This document shows, one piece after another, positions 55,885-64,000 of a DNA stretch of 64,000 nucleotides (positions are counted from its first letter, which is position 1; each line of letters starts with the position of its first letter). This DNA is from an uncultured Trueperaceae bacterium (lineage in GTDB: Bacteria > Deinococcota > Deinococci > Deinococcales > Trueperaceae): contig CAWCXJ010000004.1 in the NCBI GenBank assembly GCA_963799485.1, forward strand, positions 32,001-96,000, read 5' to 3'. The translations under genes and the position numbers were made by a program. The notes below the pieces were generated by a model, which saw only the letters and a program-made list of their open reading frames with translations, searched no databases and was not told the DNA's origin.

Positions 55885-56008
55885 GATGATGCACTTATTA
55901 TACTGCTTTTTTGTCCCCGCTGCTTGTAACAAAAGACGTATTCAAGCCGGTTGCATCTGGTCGAACGGCTTGACCTTATAGCTGCGCTCCCAAGCGCTCC
56001 AATATGCC

Positions 56009-57578
56009 ATGCTTGAGCTTATGAACGCTCACGAACAACGCCTCGCCGAAGGCTTTTTATTTACCGATTTGTACCAGCTCACGATGGCGCAGCTTTATTT
56101 CCGGGCCGGAATGGGGGAGACGCGGGCGCAGTTCGACCACTTTTTTCGTGATTACCCGAATTACGGCGACCATCAGGCCGGGTACTGCGTCAACGCAGGG
56201 CTCGGGTGGCTGCTCGACTGGATGGAAGCCTCGAGGGTCAACGACGATGACTTGGGGGTCTTAAAAGGGTTTACGGGGCGCACCGGCGAACGGCTGTTCG
56301 GTGACGACTTTTTAGACTGGCTTAAAAAACACGGTACTTTTGAATCTTTGACCCTCCGGGCAATTCCCGAGGGGCGCGTGGTGCATCCGGGAGTGCCTTT
56401 GACCGTGGTGGAAGGCCCGCTGATTATGGCGCAGATTTTAGAGACGGCGCTCCTGGCGCAGCTCAACTATCAGACGCTGATTGCCACCAAAGCGGCGCGG
56501 ATTAAAGAGAGTGCAAGGGGCGGGACGGTTTTGGAGTTCGGCGTGCGCCGCGCTCACGACCGGGGTGCAAACGCCGGAACGCGGGCCGCGCTCATCGGGG
56601 GCGCGGACTTTACCTCGAATACCGGGATTTCGCACGTGCTGGGTTTTCCGCCTAAAGGCACGCACGCGCACTCGATGGTGCAGGCGTTTATCGCACTTGG
56701 GCTCGGCGAGCTGGCGGCCTTCCGCGCCTACGCCGACACCTACCCGGACGAGTGCTTGCTGTTAGTTGACACCGTAGATACGCTTCATAGCGGCGTGCCG
56801 CACGCGATTACGGTCTTTGAAGAGCTGCGCCGTAAAGGACATGAACCGGTCGGCATCCGCCTCGACTCGGGCGATTTGGCGTACCTGAGCATCCAAGCGG
56901 CGAAGATGCTCAACGACGCGGGCTTTCCCGACACCTCGATTACGCTGAGCAGCAATCTTGGACGAACTCGTCATCTGGCAGATTCTCACGCAGATTACCC
57001 AGGAAGCGCCCGCGTATGGCCTCGCGCCCGACGCACTTATCAAACGCCTGACCTACGGCGTCGGCACGCGGCTCATCACCTCTGCCGGGGAAACGGCGTT
57101 AGGCGGCGTCTACAAACTCGTGGCGATTGACAAGGGCGGGCAGTGGCAACCGGCGATTAAACTCTCGGACTCACGCGACAAGGTACCGAACCCCGGCGGC
57201 AAGCGGGCGTGGCGTGTGTACGACGCCCGAAACCACGCGACCGCCGACCTGCTGACGACGCCGGACGAAACGCCGAGGGCCGGGGAACCCTTACGGCTGC
57301 ATCACCCGTCCGACCCGGCAAAAACGCGCTCATTGAGTGCGCGTAATGTGACTCGAGTCGAACCGCTGCTTACGACTATCCTGGAGGAGGGCCGCTTGGT
57401 CTATGACCTGCCCGACATTGCCGAGATGCGTGAAAGGCGTATTCACGACATCGCCGCGCTCAACACCGGGGTACGCCGCCTGGTGAACCCGCACATTTAT
57501 CATGTATCGCTTTCAGACAAGCTCCGGCGGCTCAAGCAAGAGCTGATGGCGTCGGTGAGGGGGGACAGCGCCGAGTAG
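56009..57578 (+). pseudogene. pncB: Nicotinate phosphoribosyltransferase, one frameshift near 56958 (or sequencing error)
   Basis: [28 protein letters not shown]; then SN-LDE, GVGTRL and LGGVYKLV in the next frame. Confidence 0.9.
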
Positions 57579-57659
57579 AAGCAGCAATGAGTAGCGAGCA
57601 ATGAGCAGTGAGTTAAAAGCTTTTACTCGTTGTTCGGTACTCATTACGCATTGCTGCTT
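57579..57659. repeat. Heptamer-periodic imperfect hairpin element (copy 2)
   Basis: AAGCAGC AATGAGT AGCGAGC AATGAGC AGTGAGT ... ACTCGTT GTTCGGT ACTCATT ACGCATT GCTGCTT. Confidence 0.72.
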
Positions 57660-57675
57660 TGGTTATGCTTAACAG

Positions 57676-58878
57676 ATGAACAATAATCCAACTGCACAAG
57701 GGCGTCCAAAAGTCGTTATCGTCGGCGCGGCGCGGACGCCGTTTGGAACCTTCCAGGGGGCGCTTTCACCGCTCAAAGCGTCAGAACTCGGCGCAGTGGC
57801 GGTGCGGGCGGCGGTCTCGCGGGCGGGTCTCACCGGGGCCGACATTGGGCACGTCTATATGGGCAATGTACTTCCGGCTGGTATGGGTCAGGCTCCGGCG
57901 CGGCAAGTCGTGCGTTACGCGGGTTTTCCAGATGGTGTGCCGGCGGTGACGGTGAGCAAGGTTTGCGGGAGTGGGCTCGAGGCCATCATCCAAGCCGCGC
58001 GCGCCGTTGCGTTAGGAGACGCCGACACCGTGGTTGCAGGCGGGATGGAGTCTATGAGCAACGCGCCTTATCTGCTTCCCGGTGCGAGGGGCGGGTTGCG
58101 TTTCGGCAACAAAGAACTCGTTGACCACATGGTTTACGACGGTCTGCAGGATGTGTACAGCGACCGGGCGATGGGGAGTTGCGCCGAGTTATGCGCGTCG
58201 CGTTACGATTTTTCAAGGGAAACACAGGACGCGTTTGCCGAACGTTCGTATCGCCGCGCCCAAGAAGCGACCGCAAACGGCTTTTTTGCGGCTGAGATCG
58301 CTCCTGTGACTGTACCGGGACGTAAAGGCGAGGTGACGGTTACTGAAGATGAAGAACCGGGGCGCGTAGACTTTGCGCGGTTGCCGAGTTTACGGCCTGC
58401 GTTCGAGCAAGCCGGAACGGTTACGGCGGCAAACGCCTCGAGCATCAACGACGGGGCTGCGGCAGTCGTCGTTTGTTCGGCAGAGACGGCGGCGGCGCGG
58501 GGCTTGCCCATCCTCGCCGAAATCGACGGGTACAGCGGTTTCGCCACCGAACCCGAGTGGTTTACGGTCGCGCCGGTCGGGGCGATGCAAAAACTCTTCG
58601 CTAAACTCGGCACCAGCCCGGCAGACTACGACCTTTACGAAATCAACGAAGCTTTTGCGGTGGTGACGCTGGCGGCGATGCTCGAGCTGGGGTTGGACTC
58701 TGAAAAGGTCAATGTGCATGGTGGTGCGGTGGCGCTCGGTCATCCCATCGGCGCGTCGGGGGCGCGGCTCGTGGCGACGCTGGTTCATGCATTACGGCAA
58801 CGCAGTAAAAAACGGGGCGTGGCGTCGATCTGTATAGGTGGTGGTGAGGCGCTCGCGTTGGCGCTGAGTATTCCCTAA
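57676..58878 (+). CDS. Acetyl-CoA C-acetyltransferase (thiolase)
   Basis: KVCGSG, GGMESMS, EINEAFA, GHPIGASG, CIGGGE. Confidence 0.96.
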   Translation: MNNNPTAQGRPKVVIVGAARTPFGTFQGALSPLKASELGAVAVRAAVSRAGLTGADIGHVYMGNVLPAGMGQAPARQVVRYAGFPDGVPAVTVSKVCGSGLEAIIQAARAVALGDADTVVAGGMESMSNAPYLLPGARGGLRFGNKELVDHMVYDGLQDVYSDRAMGSCAELCASRYDFSRETQDAFAERSYRRAQEATANGFFAAEIAPVTVPGRKGEVTVTEDEEPGRVDFARLPSLRPAFEQAGTVTAANASSINDGAAAVVVCSAETAAARGLPILAEIDGYSGFATEPEWFTVAPVGAMQKLFAKLGTSPADYDLYEINEAFAVVTLAAMLELGLDSEKVNVHGGAVALGHPIGASGARLVATLVHALRQRSKKRGVASICIGGGEALALALSIP

Positions 58879-58919
58879 AACCGTTGCAGCGTAGGCGCGG
58901 CTTTTACGGCAGAAGCTGT

Positions 58920-59400
58920 CACTACACCGTCAACCACAGAGGCTGCGTAGCAAGGGACGCCCAAGAAGCTGTAGGGAGTGAGGTCGACGCTTGCGGCGCG
59001 CAAAGAGTTAGCGGTGGTGACTACATCAGGGCGGCTCGTTCTACGCCTGCCTGGAACCCGAGGACGCCTTGGCCCTGGTTCAACGCTGCGACAGGCACTT
59101 TACGCCTAGGGGTGTGCACTGGCTGGATATACAAGCCGGCCCGCTAGGCTGGAACTTCGCCCCCTTGGGGTGTGCTGTTTTGCCCAAGGCGATCGAAAGC
59201 GAGTTCTCAGCGCCGAGCAAGCAGTGTCTAGACCGCCGCATCCCTCGTCGGAAACAGTTAGAACACCAGGTTTTAGCCTGAGTCAAAACCCGTAACGCCA
59301 AGCGCGCCACCGTCACCCGGCAATTCTCCATTCAAACGGCGCGCCATAAGCTCCAGCGTCACTAGCAAAAATGCCGTAAACCCTAGTTGACGGCGTACTG
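58920..59400 (+). mobile_element. Internally deleted IS630-family relic
   Basis: Imperfect IRs CACTACACCGTCAACCA vs CAGTACGCCGTCAACTA (14/17); transposase C-terminal remnant HFTP....WL...ESEFS..SKQCLDRRIP...VLA*VKTRN....RQFSIQTARHKL. Confidence 0.75.
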
Positions 59401-59524
59401 GGTTGCTTACTAAACCACTATGCCGTACCTGAAACTATTAGAAATGAAGGTTGAGCCCTGCGCGTGTGCGGAGGAAATAGTCGTCTTGCAAGCTCGAGCC
59501 TTACCGTGCTACTTTGTTGCCGTG

Positions 59525-60364
59525 CTACTCCGCATAGATGTTGCGGTAGCGCGCCTCGACCGCCATATAAACGCCGTACAGCACAAAACCGAGGGCGACC
59601 GCGCCGAGCAAAAAAGGGCCGTAAGGTTGCCGCTGCAGCGTTCGCAGCGCGCCGCCCAAACCGCGCGCTTCCGACGCTTGCGCCTGCAGCGCAGCCTGAA
59701 TAAAAAAGCTGCCCATAAGTGCGAAAACAATCCCTCTGGCGGCGTAGCCCACGCGACCGGCACGCACCGCCCAGCGCTGCTCGGTCTGACTCATCTGCGC
59801 TGTTTTAAGCGCGTCACGAAAGTCTGCCCGGTACGCCTTAACCAGCTGATATACGCCCATACCGATAATTGCCAGTCCGACCAAGCCGACCAGCCAGCGC
59901 CCGAACGGCACCGCTAGAAGTCGCGCCGCCATACCCTGTTCGGAGCTGCCGCCGCCGCTGCTCGAGCCTACCAAAAGCCCGACCGCCGTAACTGCCAAAG
60001 CAAGGTGAATCACGCCGCTGACGACAAACCCACTGCGGGCAACCACACCTTTTGCCCCCTCGCGGTCGGCCGGGTTGTTCCACGCCTGGACAAAGCGCCA
60101 GAGACCGTAACTTATCAACCCGAGGCTTAAGAGGGCGAGTAGAACCTGACCGAAGGGTGCCCGGGCGAGGGCTTGCACCGCTCCCTGCGTGTCCGTCGTT
60201 TGTCCTCCTGAGCCGAAAGCGGCGCGGAGCGCGAGGACGCCCACCGTGGCGTAGACCAGACCCTTGGACAAAAACCCGAGCCGCGCAAGCCGCTCGAGCC
60301 ACGGTCTGGCTTGTTGGGCCTGGGCTTTGGCTTCTTGCTCTACCGACGTTTTATCAGTGTTCAT
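59525..60364 (-). CDS. DUF1206 membrane protein (three repeats)
   Basis: ARLG...KGLVY / ARSG...G.I / GRVGYAARG repeats, each followed by P[FY]G; start reassigned to ATG 60364. Confidence 0.88.
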   Translation of the reverse strand: MNTDKTSVEQEAKAQAQQARPWLERLARLGFLSKGLVYATVGVLALRAAFGSGGQTTDTQGAVQALARAPFGQVLLALLSLGLISYGLWRFVQAWNNPADREGAKGVVARSGFVVSGVIHLALAVTAVGLLVGSSSGGGSSEQGMAARLLAVPFGRWLVGLVGLAIIGMGVYQLVKAYRADFRDALKTAQMSQTEQRWAVRAGRVGYAARGIVFALMGSFFIQAALQAQASEARGLGGALRTLQRQPYGPFLLGAVALGFVLYGVYMAVEARYRNIYAE

Positions 60365-60572
60365 ACTTACATTATGACCCGGAGCGGCCTCTTCGCGTGC
60401 GAGGTGATCGTCGAACTTGGGCAGGTGCGGCAGTTGGGGAGGTAAGAGGCGATGTTTGCAGCGTAAGCGATTGTCTTCGACTGTTTCGCCACCTTTTTGC
60501 TGGCCCCGGTCGTTACGAAAGTGGCGCGAAATCCACCCTGTACACATACCCTGACGCAACCTGACTCGCTGT

Positions 60573-60747
60573 TAGGGCTACGGCAAAGTCCAAAATGACC
60601 TTTGAAACCAAAGCTTATACGGAATAAATCTGTGGACTTGATGCCAACTCATCGGCATTTTTCAAGGTAACTCGCGCTGCGGCGTTTTCCAATTAAAGGT
60701 CATCTAGCCCGTTTACTTATCGGGGTGCCGACTTTGCGGTAGCCCTG
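60573..60747. mobile_element. 175-bp MITE with ISAs1-like ends
   Basis: 18-bp TIRs TAGGGCTACGGCAAAGTC / GACTTTGCGGTAGCCCTG (16/18) flanked by 9-bp direct repeat ACTCGCTGT. Confidence 0.8.
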
Positions 60748-60799
60748 ACTCGCTGTAAGCTTTGAACCAAGACCGTCGTCGCACGATGTAGAGTCGGCT

Positions 60800-61228
60800 G
60801 TGATCTGGTCTCTCCAAGCGCGTATCAGCCGCCACCTGCTCAGCTGGAGCGCACTCAGCATCGTCGGGGGCGTAGTGCTGCTTTTTCTAGCTCCTTTTTG
60901 GCGCGGCGTGGGGGTGCAGGCGCTCGTATGGGGCGCTATCGACGCGGCTATTGCAGGGTTTGGGCTTAGGCAGCTTCGGCGAAAACAGGCGCGACCTGAA
61001 GCCGGTGTACCGGAAAACCTTACACGTGAAGCGCGCAGTCTTCACCGCACACTTCTCATTAACGCCGGACTCGACGTGCTTTATATAATCGGTGGCGTCG
61101 TTTTGACGAATTTTGCAACCGAGTTCGCCAGGGGCAACGGCGTCGGCATTATCGTTCAAGGCGCGTTCTTGCTCTTTTTCGACGCGTTTTACGCGTTTCG
61201 AGTACAACGTCTGGAGGTTAGCAGATGA
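60800..61228 (+). CDS. Hypothetical four-TM membrane protein
   Basis: WGAIDAAIA, NAGLDVLY, G.GIIVQGAFL..FD motifs. Confidence 0.75.
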   Translation: MIWSLQARISRHLLSWSALSIVGGVVLLFLAPFWRGVGVQALVWGAIDAAIAGFGLRQLRRKQARPEAGVPENLTREARSLHRTLLINAGLDVLYIIGGVVLTNFATEFARGNGVGIIVQGAFLLFFDAFYAFRVQRLEVSR

Positions 61229-61605
61229 CCTTTACCAAACCACCCAAACTTCAGGCCGGCGATACGGTTGCGGCAATTTCGCTCTCCTCCGGCGCAGCAG
61301 GCGAGCTTCGGGGTTTACGAGGCGGCGAAAAAAACCTGAGGCAAACCCTCGGTGTTCACCTTACCGAGAACCCCAGCGCCCTAAAACCGGACGACTGGCT
61401 CTACCGTAATCCCGAGGCCAGGGCCGACGACCTTCACTGTGCGCTGCAAAATCCCGACATCAAAGGGATTTTCGGCCGCCTTGCCATAGGCCGTTTACGG
61501 CTGCGTGACGCGAAGCTCCAAACGCTTACAATAGACGAGCTGCGCGTGCACTCTGTCAAGGTGGAAAATCTTGAAGTTACCGACACACTGACGTTGCCGA
61601 GTTAG
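61225..61605 (+). pseudogene. Truncated S66 (LD-carboxypeptidase/MccF-like) peptidase fused to an unrelated tail
   Basis: KPPKLQAGDTVAAISLS...PEARADDL..A..NPDIKGIF, then a switch to GRLAIGRLRLRDAKLQTLTIDELRV before the catalytic GYSD. Confidence 0.7.
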
Positions 61606-61762
61606 AGGCGCTGAACAGCCCGCCCACCTTTGCAGCGCGTAGCCAGGCAAAAGCTCCGGCATGTGGTGGCTCGAGTAACCCTCAGTACCCTAAATACCCT
61701 CGGTAAGTACCATAAGTATCAGCACTACGGCAACGCCGACCTTGAAGCGGTAAGTTACCCTT

Positions 61763-62818
61763 ATGTCCATGCTCGCCCCTAGCGACCTCTACCCGGTCGG
61801 CGCAGGCTGCCCTGCGTTTACGCTGCTCGACGTGCGCGCGCCGGTCGAAGTCGCCGCGGGCGCGCTTCCCGGTGCGGCGCTGCACCCTATCCTCACAGAT
61901 GAAGAGCGGCACCTCGTCGGGGTGCGTTACAAGGCGGCGGGGCCAGCCGAGGCGGTTAAACTCGGGTACGCGCTGACCGAGCCCTATTTGGCTGAACGTA
62001 CCGAGGCGTGGCGCGCCGTTGTAGCAACGGGGCCGACGGCGGTGGCGTGCTGGCGTGGCGGACTCCGGAGCCGGCTGACAGCTGAATTTATCGGCGGTGA
62101 CGTGCCCCGTGTCGAAGGCGGGTACAAGGCAATTCGCGCCTATCTGATGGCGCAGTTGGAACCGTCGCTGAAGCGCTATAAAAGCGTGGTCGTCGGCGGG
62201 CTGACGGGTTCGGGTAAAACGGCACTTTTGGAACGACTTGGAGAAACGGCGGATACAAGAGTTCTGGATTTGGAACACGAAGCCCGCCACCGGGGAAGCG
62301 CGTTCGGGCGGCTTGCCGAACCGCAGCCCGCCCAGGCGACGTTTGAAAACAGCGTGGCAGCGCAGCTTTTGCTCGGGAATGAGACGAGGCTTTTGCTCGA
62401 GGACGAATCACGCAGCATCGGTCACATCAACCTGCCCGACTCGCTTCACGAGACTATTCAGACAGCTCCCTTGGTCATCGTCGAAGAACCTCTGGAAAAC
62501 CGGGTGGCGCGTATTCATCAAGATTATGTACTTTCCTTAAGCAGCACGCTCGGCGTGCCGGAGACGCGGCGTTACCTGAGCGGAAGTTTAGCAAGACTGA
62601 GAAAACGTCTTTCCGGCGCAGTCACGGACGCGGCGCTTAAAACCCTGGAAGATGCGGAGCTTTCCGGCAACTGGCACGAGCTAGACGCGCACCGGGGCTG
62701 GCTTACTCCCCTTTTAGAACGCTATTACGACCCGCTCTACCGTAAAGGACTCAAATCAGGACGCCCGGTGCTGTTTACCGGCGATTTGGAGGCGTGTTAC
62801 AAGTGGCTGACACAGTAG
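61763..62818 (+). CDS. mnmH: tRNA 2-selenouridine synthase
   Basis: LDVRAPVE, rhodanese CWRGGLRS, GLTGSGKT, HRGSAFG, EDESRSIG, YYDPLY. Confidence 0.93.
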   Translation: MSMLAPSDLYPVGAGCPAFTLLDVRAPVEVAAGALPGAALHPILTDEERHLVGVRYKAAGPAEAVKLGYALTEPYLAERTEAWRAVVATGPTAVACWRGGLRSRLTAEFIGGDVPRVEGGYKAIRAYLMAQLEPSLKRYKSVVVGGLTGSGKTALLERLGETADTRVLDLEHEARHRGSAFGRLAEPQPAQATFENSVAAQLLLGNETRLLLEDESRSIGHINLPDSLHETIQTAPLVIVEEPLENRVARIHQDYVLSLSSTLGVPETRRYLSGSLARLRKRLSGAVTDAALKTLEDAELSGNWHELDAHRGWLTPLLERYYDPLYRKGLKSGRPVLFTGDLEACYKWLTQ

Positions 62819-63900
62819 CTAAAACAGCAGATAAAACAGTAGCCATTGATACTCCTATCAGACTCACCCAAACCGTAAAAAAAGGCGGGTGTGCCGCAAA
62901 AATCGCCGCCGGGACGCTTTCCGAACTGCTGCAAACCCTGCCACGTCAAAGTCATCCGGATTTGCTCGTCGGTACCGATTTTTTAGACGACGCCGCGGTT
63001 TGGCGCGTCAGCGACCAGCAGGTGATGGTACAAACCCTCGATTTTTTTACGCCTATTTTAGACGACGCTTACGACTTCGGCGCGGTTGCCGCTGCCAACG
63101 CGCTTTCCGACGTGTTTGCGATGGGCGGAGCGCCGACAACGGCGCTGACGATTCTGGCGTATCCGCTCAAGACGCTGCCGCTGAGCATTTTACGCGAGCT
63201 GATGGCGGGCGCGGTCGCAAAAGTCAACGAGGCCGGGGCGCAACTCGTCGGCGGTCACTCCATCGACGACGACACGCTTAAACTCGGCTTTAGCGTGACG
63301 GGTCTGGCGCACCCGGACAAACTCTGGAGCAACCGGGGTGCGCGGGTCGGGGACGTGCTGGTCTTGACCAAAGCCGTCGGTACGGGGACCCTCACAGGCG
63401 CGCTGAAAAACGGTGAACTGGGTTACGCCGACATCACCGAGGCGATTACGTCGATGAAGACCCTCAACAATCTGGCTTTGCCTGAGGAACTTCACCGCGC
63501 CGTTCACGCCGCGACCGACGTGACGGGCTTCGGCGTCCTTGGACATGGGCTGCATCTGGCGCAGGGCGGGGGTGTCACCCTCGAGCTAGACGCACAAGCC
63601 GTTCCTCTTTTAGAACACGCCACCGACACCCTGGCGCAAAACATCCTGACCAAAGCGCACCGCAGCAACACCGCCTACGTGCAGGCGCACACCGCCGGAC
63701 GTGAGAGTGTAAGCGAAACGGCGTGGTGGGCGCTGACTGACCCGCAGACTTCGGGCGGGTTGCTGCTTGCAGTTGACCCTGGGCAAGCTGACGCGCTGCT
63801 GGCTTTTGTCGAGCCGGGTTTTCCCAAGGCTTCCGTTGTCGGACGGGTCAAAAAACGGGGAGAAAGGGCGCTCGAGCTTCGCCCTGCAAATCCAGGCTAG
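62803..63900 (+). CDS. selD: Selenide, water dikinase (Cys form)
   Basis: GGCAAK, DDAAV, DFFTPI, ANALSDVFAMGG, TDVTGFG, DPQTSGGLL. Confidence 0.96.
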   Translation: MADTVAKTADKTVAIDTPIRLTQTVKKGGCAAKIAAGTLSELLQTLPRQSHPDLLVGTDFLDDAAVWRVSDQQVMVQTLDFFTPILDDAYDFGAVAAANALSDVFAMGGAPTTALTILAYPLKTLPLSILRELMAGAVAKVNEAGAQLVGGHSIDDDTLKLGFSVTGLAHPDKLWSNRGARVGDVLVLTKAVGTGTLTGALKNGELGYADITEAITSMKTLNNLALPEELHRAVHAATDVTGFGVLGHGLHLAQGGGVTLELDAQAVPLLEHATDTLAQNILTKAHRSNTAYVQAHTAGRESVSETAWWALTDPQTSGGLLLAVDPGQADALLAFVEPGFPKASVVGRVKKRGERALELRPANPG

Positions 63901-64000
63901 ACGACCTTCTCGCGCCCCTTGCTGAGGTCGATCTGCGTTGCCGCCATCTTAAAGCTCTGCGAACTCGTCGCCGAAGTGAAGCCGGTCTCATAGGTGATTT
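63897..64000 (-). CDS. C-terminus of a convergent gene, possibly a PilT-like ATPase
   Basis: Open frame ...ITYETGFTSATSSQSFKMAATQIDLSKGREKVV*; only 33 codons visible. Confidence 0.35.
   Translation of the reverse strand, partial: ITYETGFTSATSSQSFKMAATQIDLSKGREKVV

Noticed and set aside
55678..55894. hflX extension to 55779 and ORF 55670-55894
   Set aside because: No RBS or motif support; the region is better explained as a regulatory leader.
62880..62960. Selenocysteine codon or SECIS in selD
   Set aside because: The catalytic codon is TGT and the frame has no in-frame TGA.

Overview
Chromosomal window from a moderately GC-rich Deinococcota bacterium, probably Truepera-like. This is inferred from the Thermus/Deinococcus-type RpoC with its large N-terminal insertion, the Thr-Tyr-Gly(CCC)-Thr/tuf cluster, a DdrA/Rad52-family gene, a non-canonical PolX and many apparently leaderless genes. 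The core block is tRNAs-tuf-rpmG-secE-nusG-rplKAJL-rpoBC (30.6-44.2 kb). Also present: an argG-GNAT-vapBC-argH-argA operon, dcd, polX, carD, hsp20, psuG, hflX, pncB, a thiolase, mnmH-selD, two two-component systems and several ABC/DMT transporters. Mobile DNA comprises a decayed IS630 with intact ends and TA duplication, an internally deleted second IS630, and a 175-bp ISAs1-like MITE with a 9-bp target duplication. Several genes carry single-base frameshifts, mostly in homopolymer runs, which may be assembly errors. The strongest unexplained signals are: (1) chains of micro-ORFs linked by GTGA/ATGA/TGATG overlaps that bridge intergenic gaps (four links after the ddrA-like gene, and an unbroken chain through the arg operon and its embedded toxin-antitoxin pair); (2) an Arg-rich leader peptide candidate (MLTASLTRRVRR) with a structured leader before argG; (3) a leader peptide candidate (MFKRFFYV), a terminator-like hairpin and a probable ATC start at hflX; (4) strong over-representation of the palindrome CTCGAG; (5) two dispersed heptamer-periodic hairpins. 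No CRISPR array or rRNA was seen. All calls are by-eye motif recognition; no searches were run.
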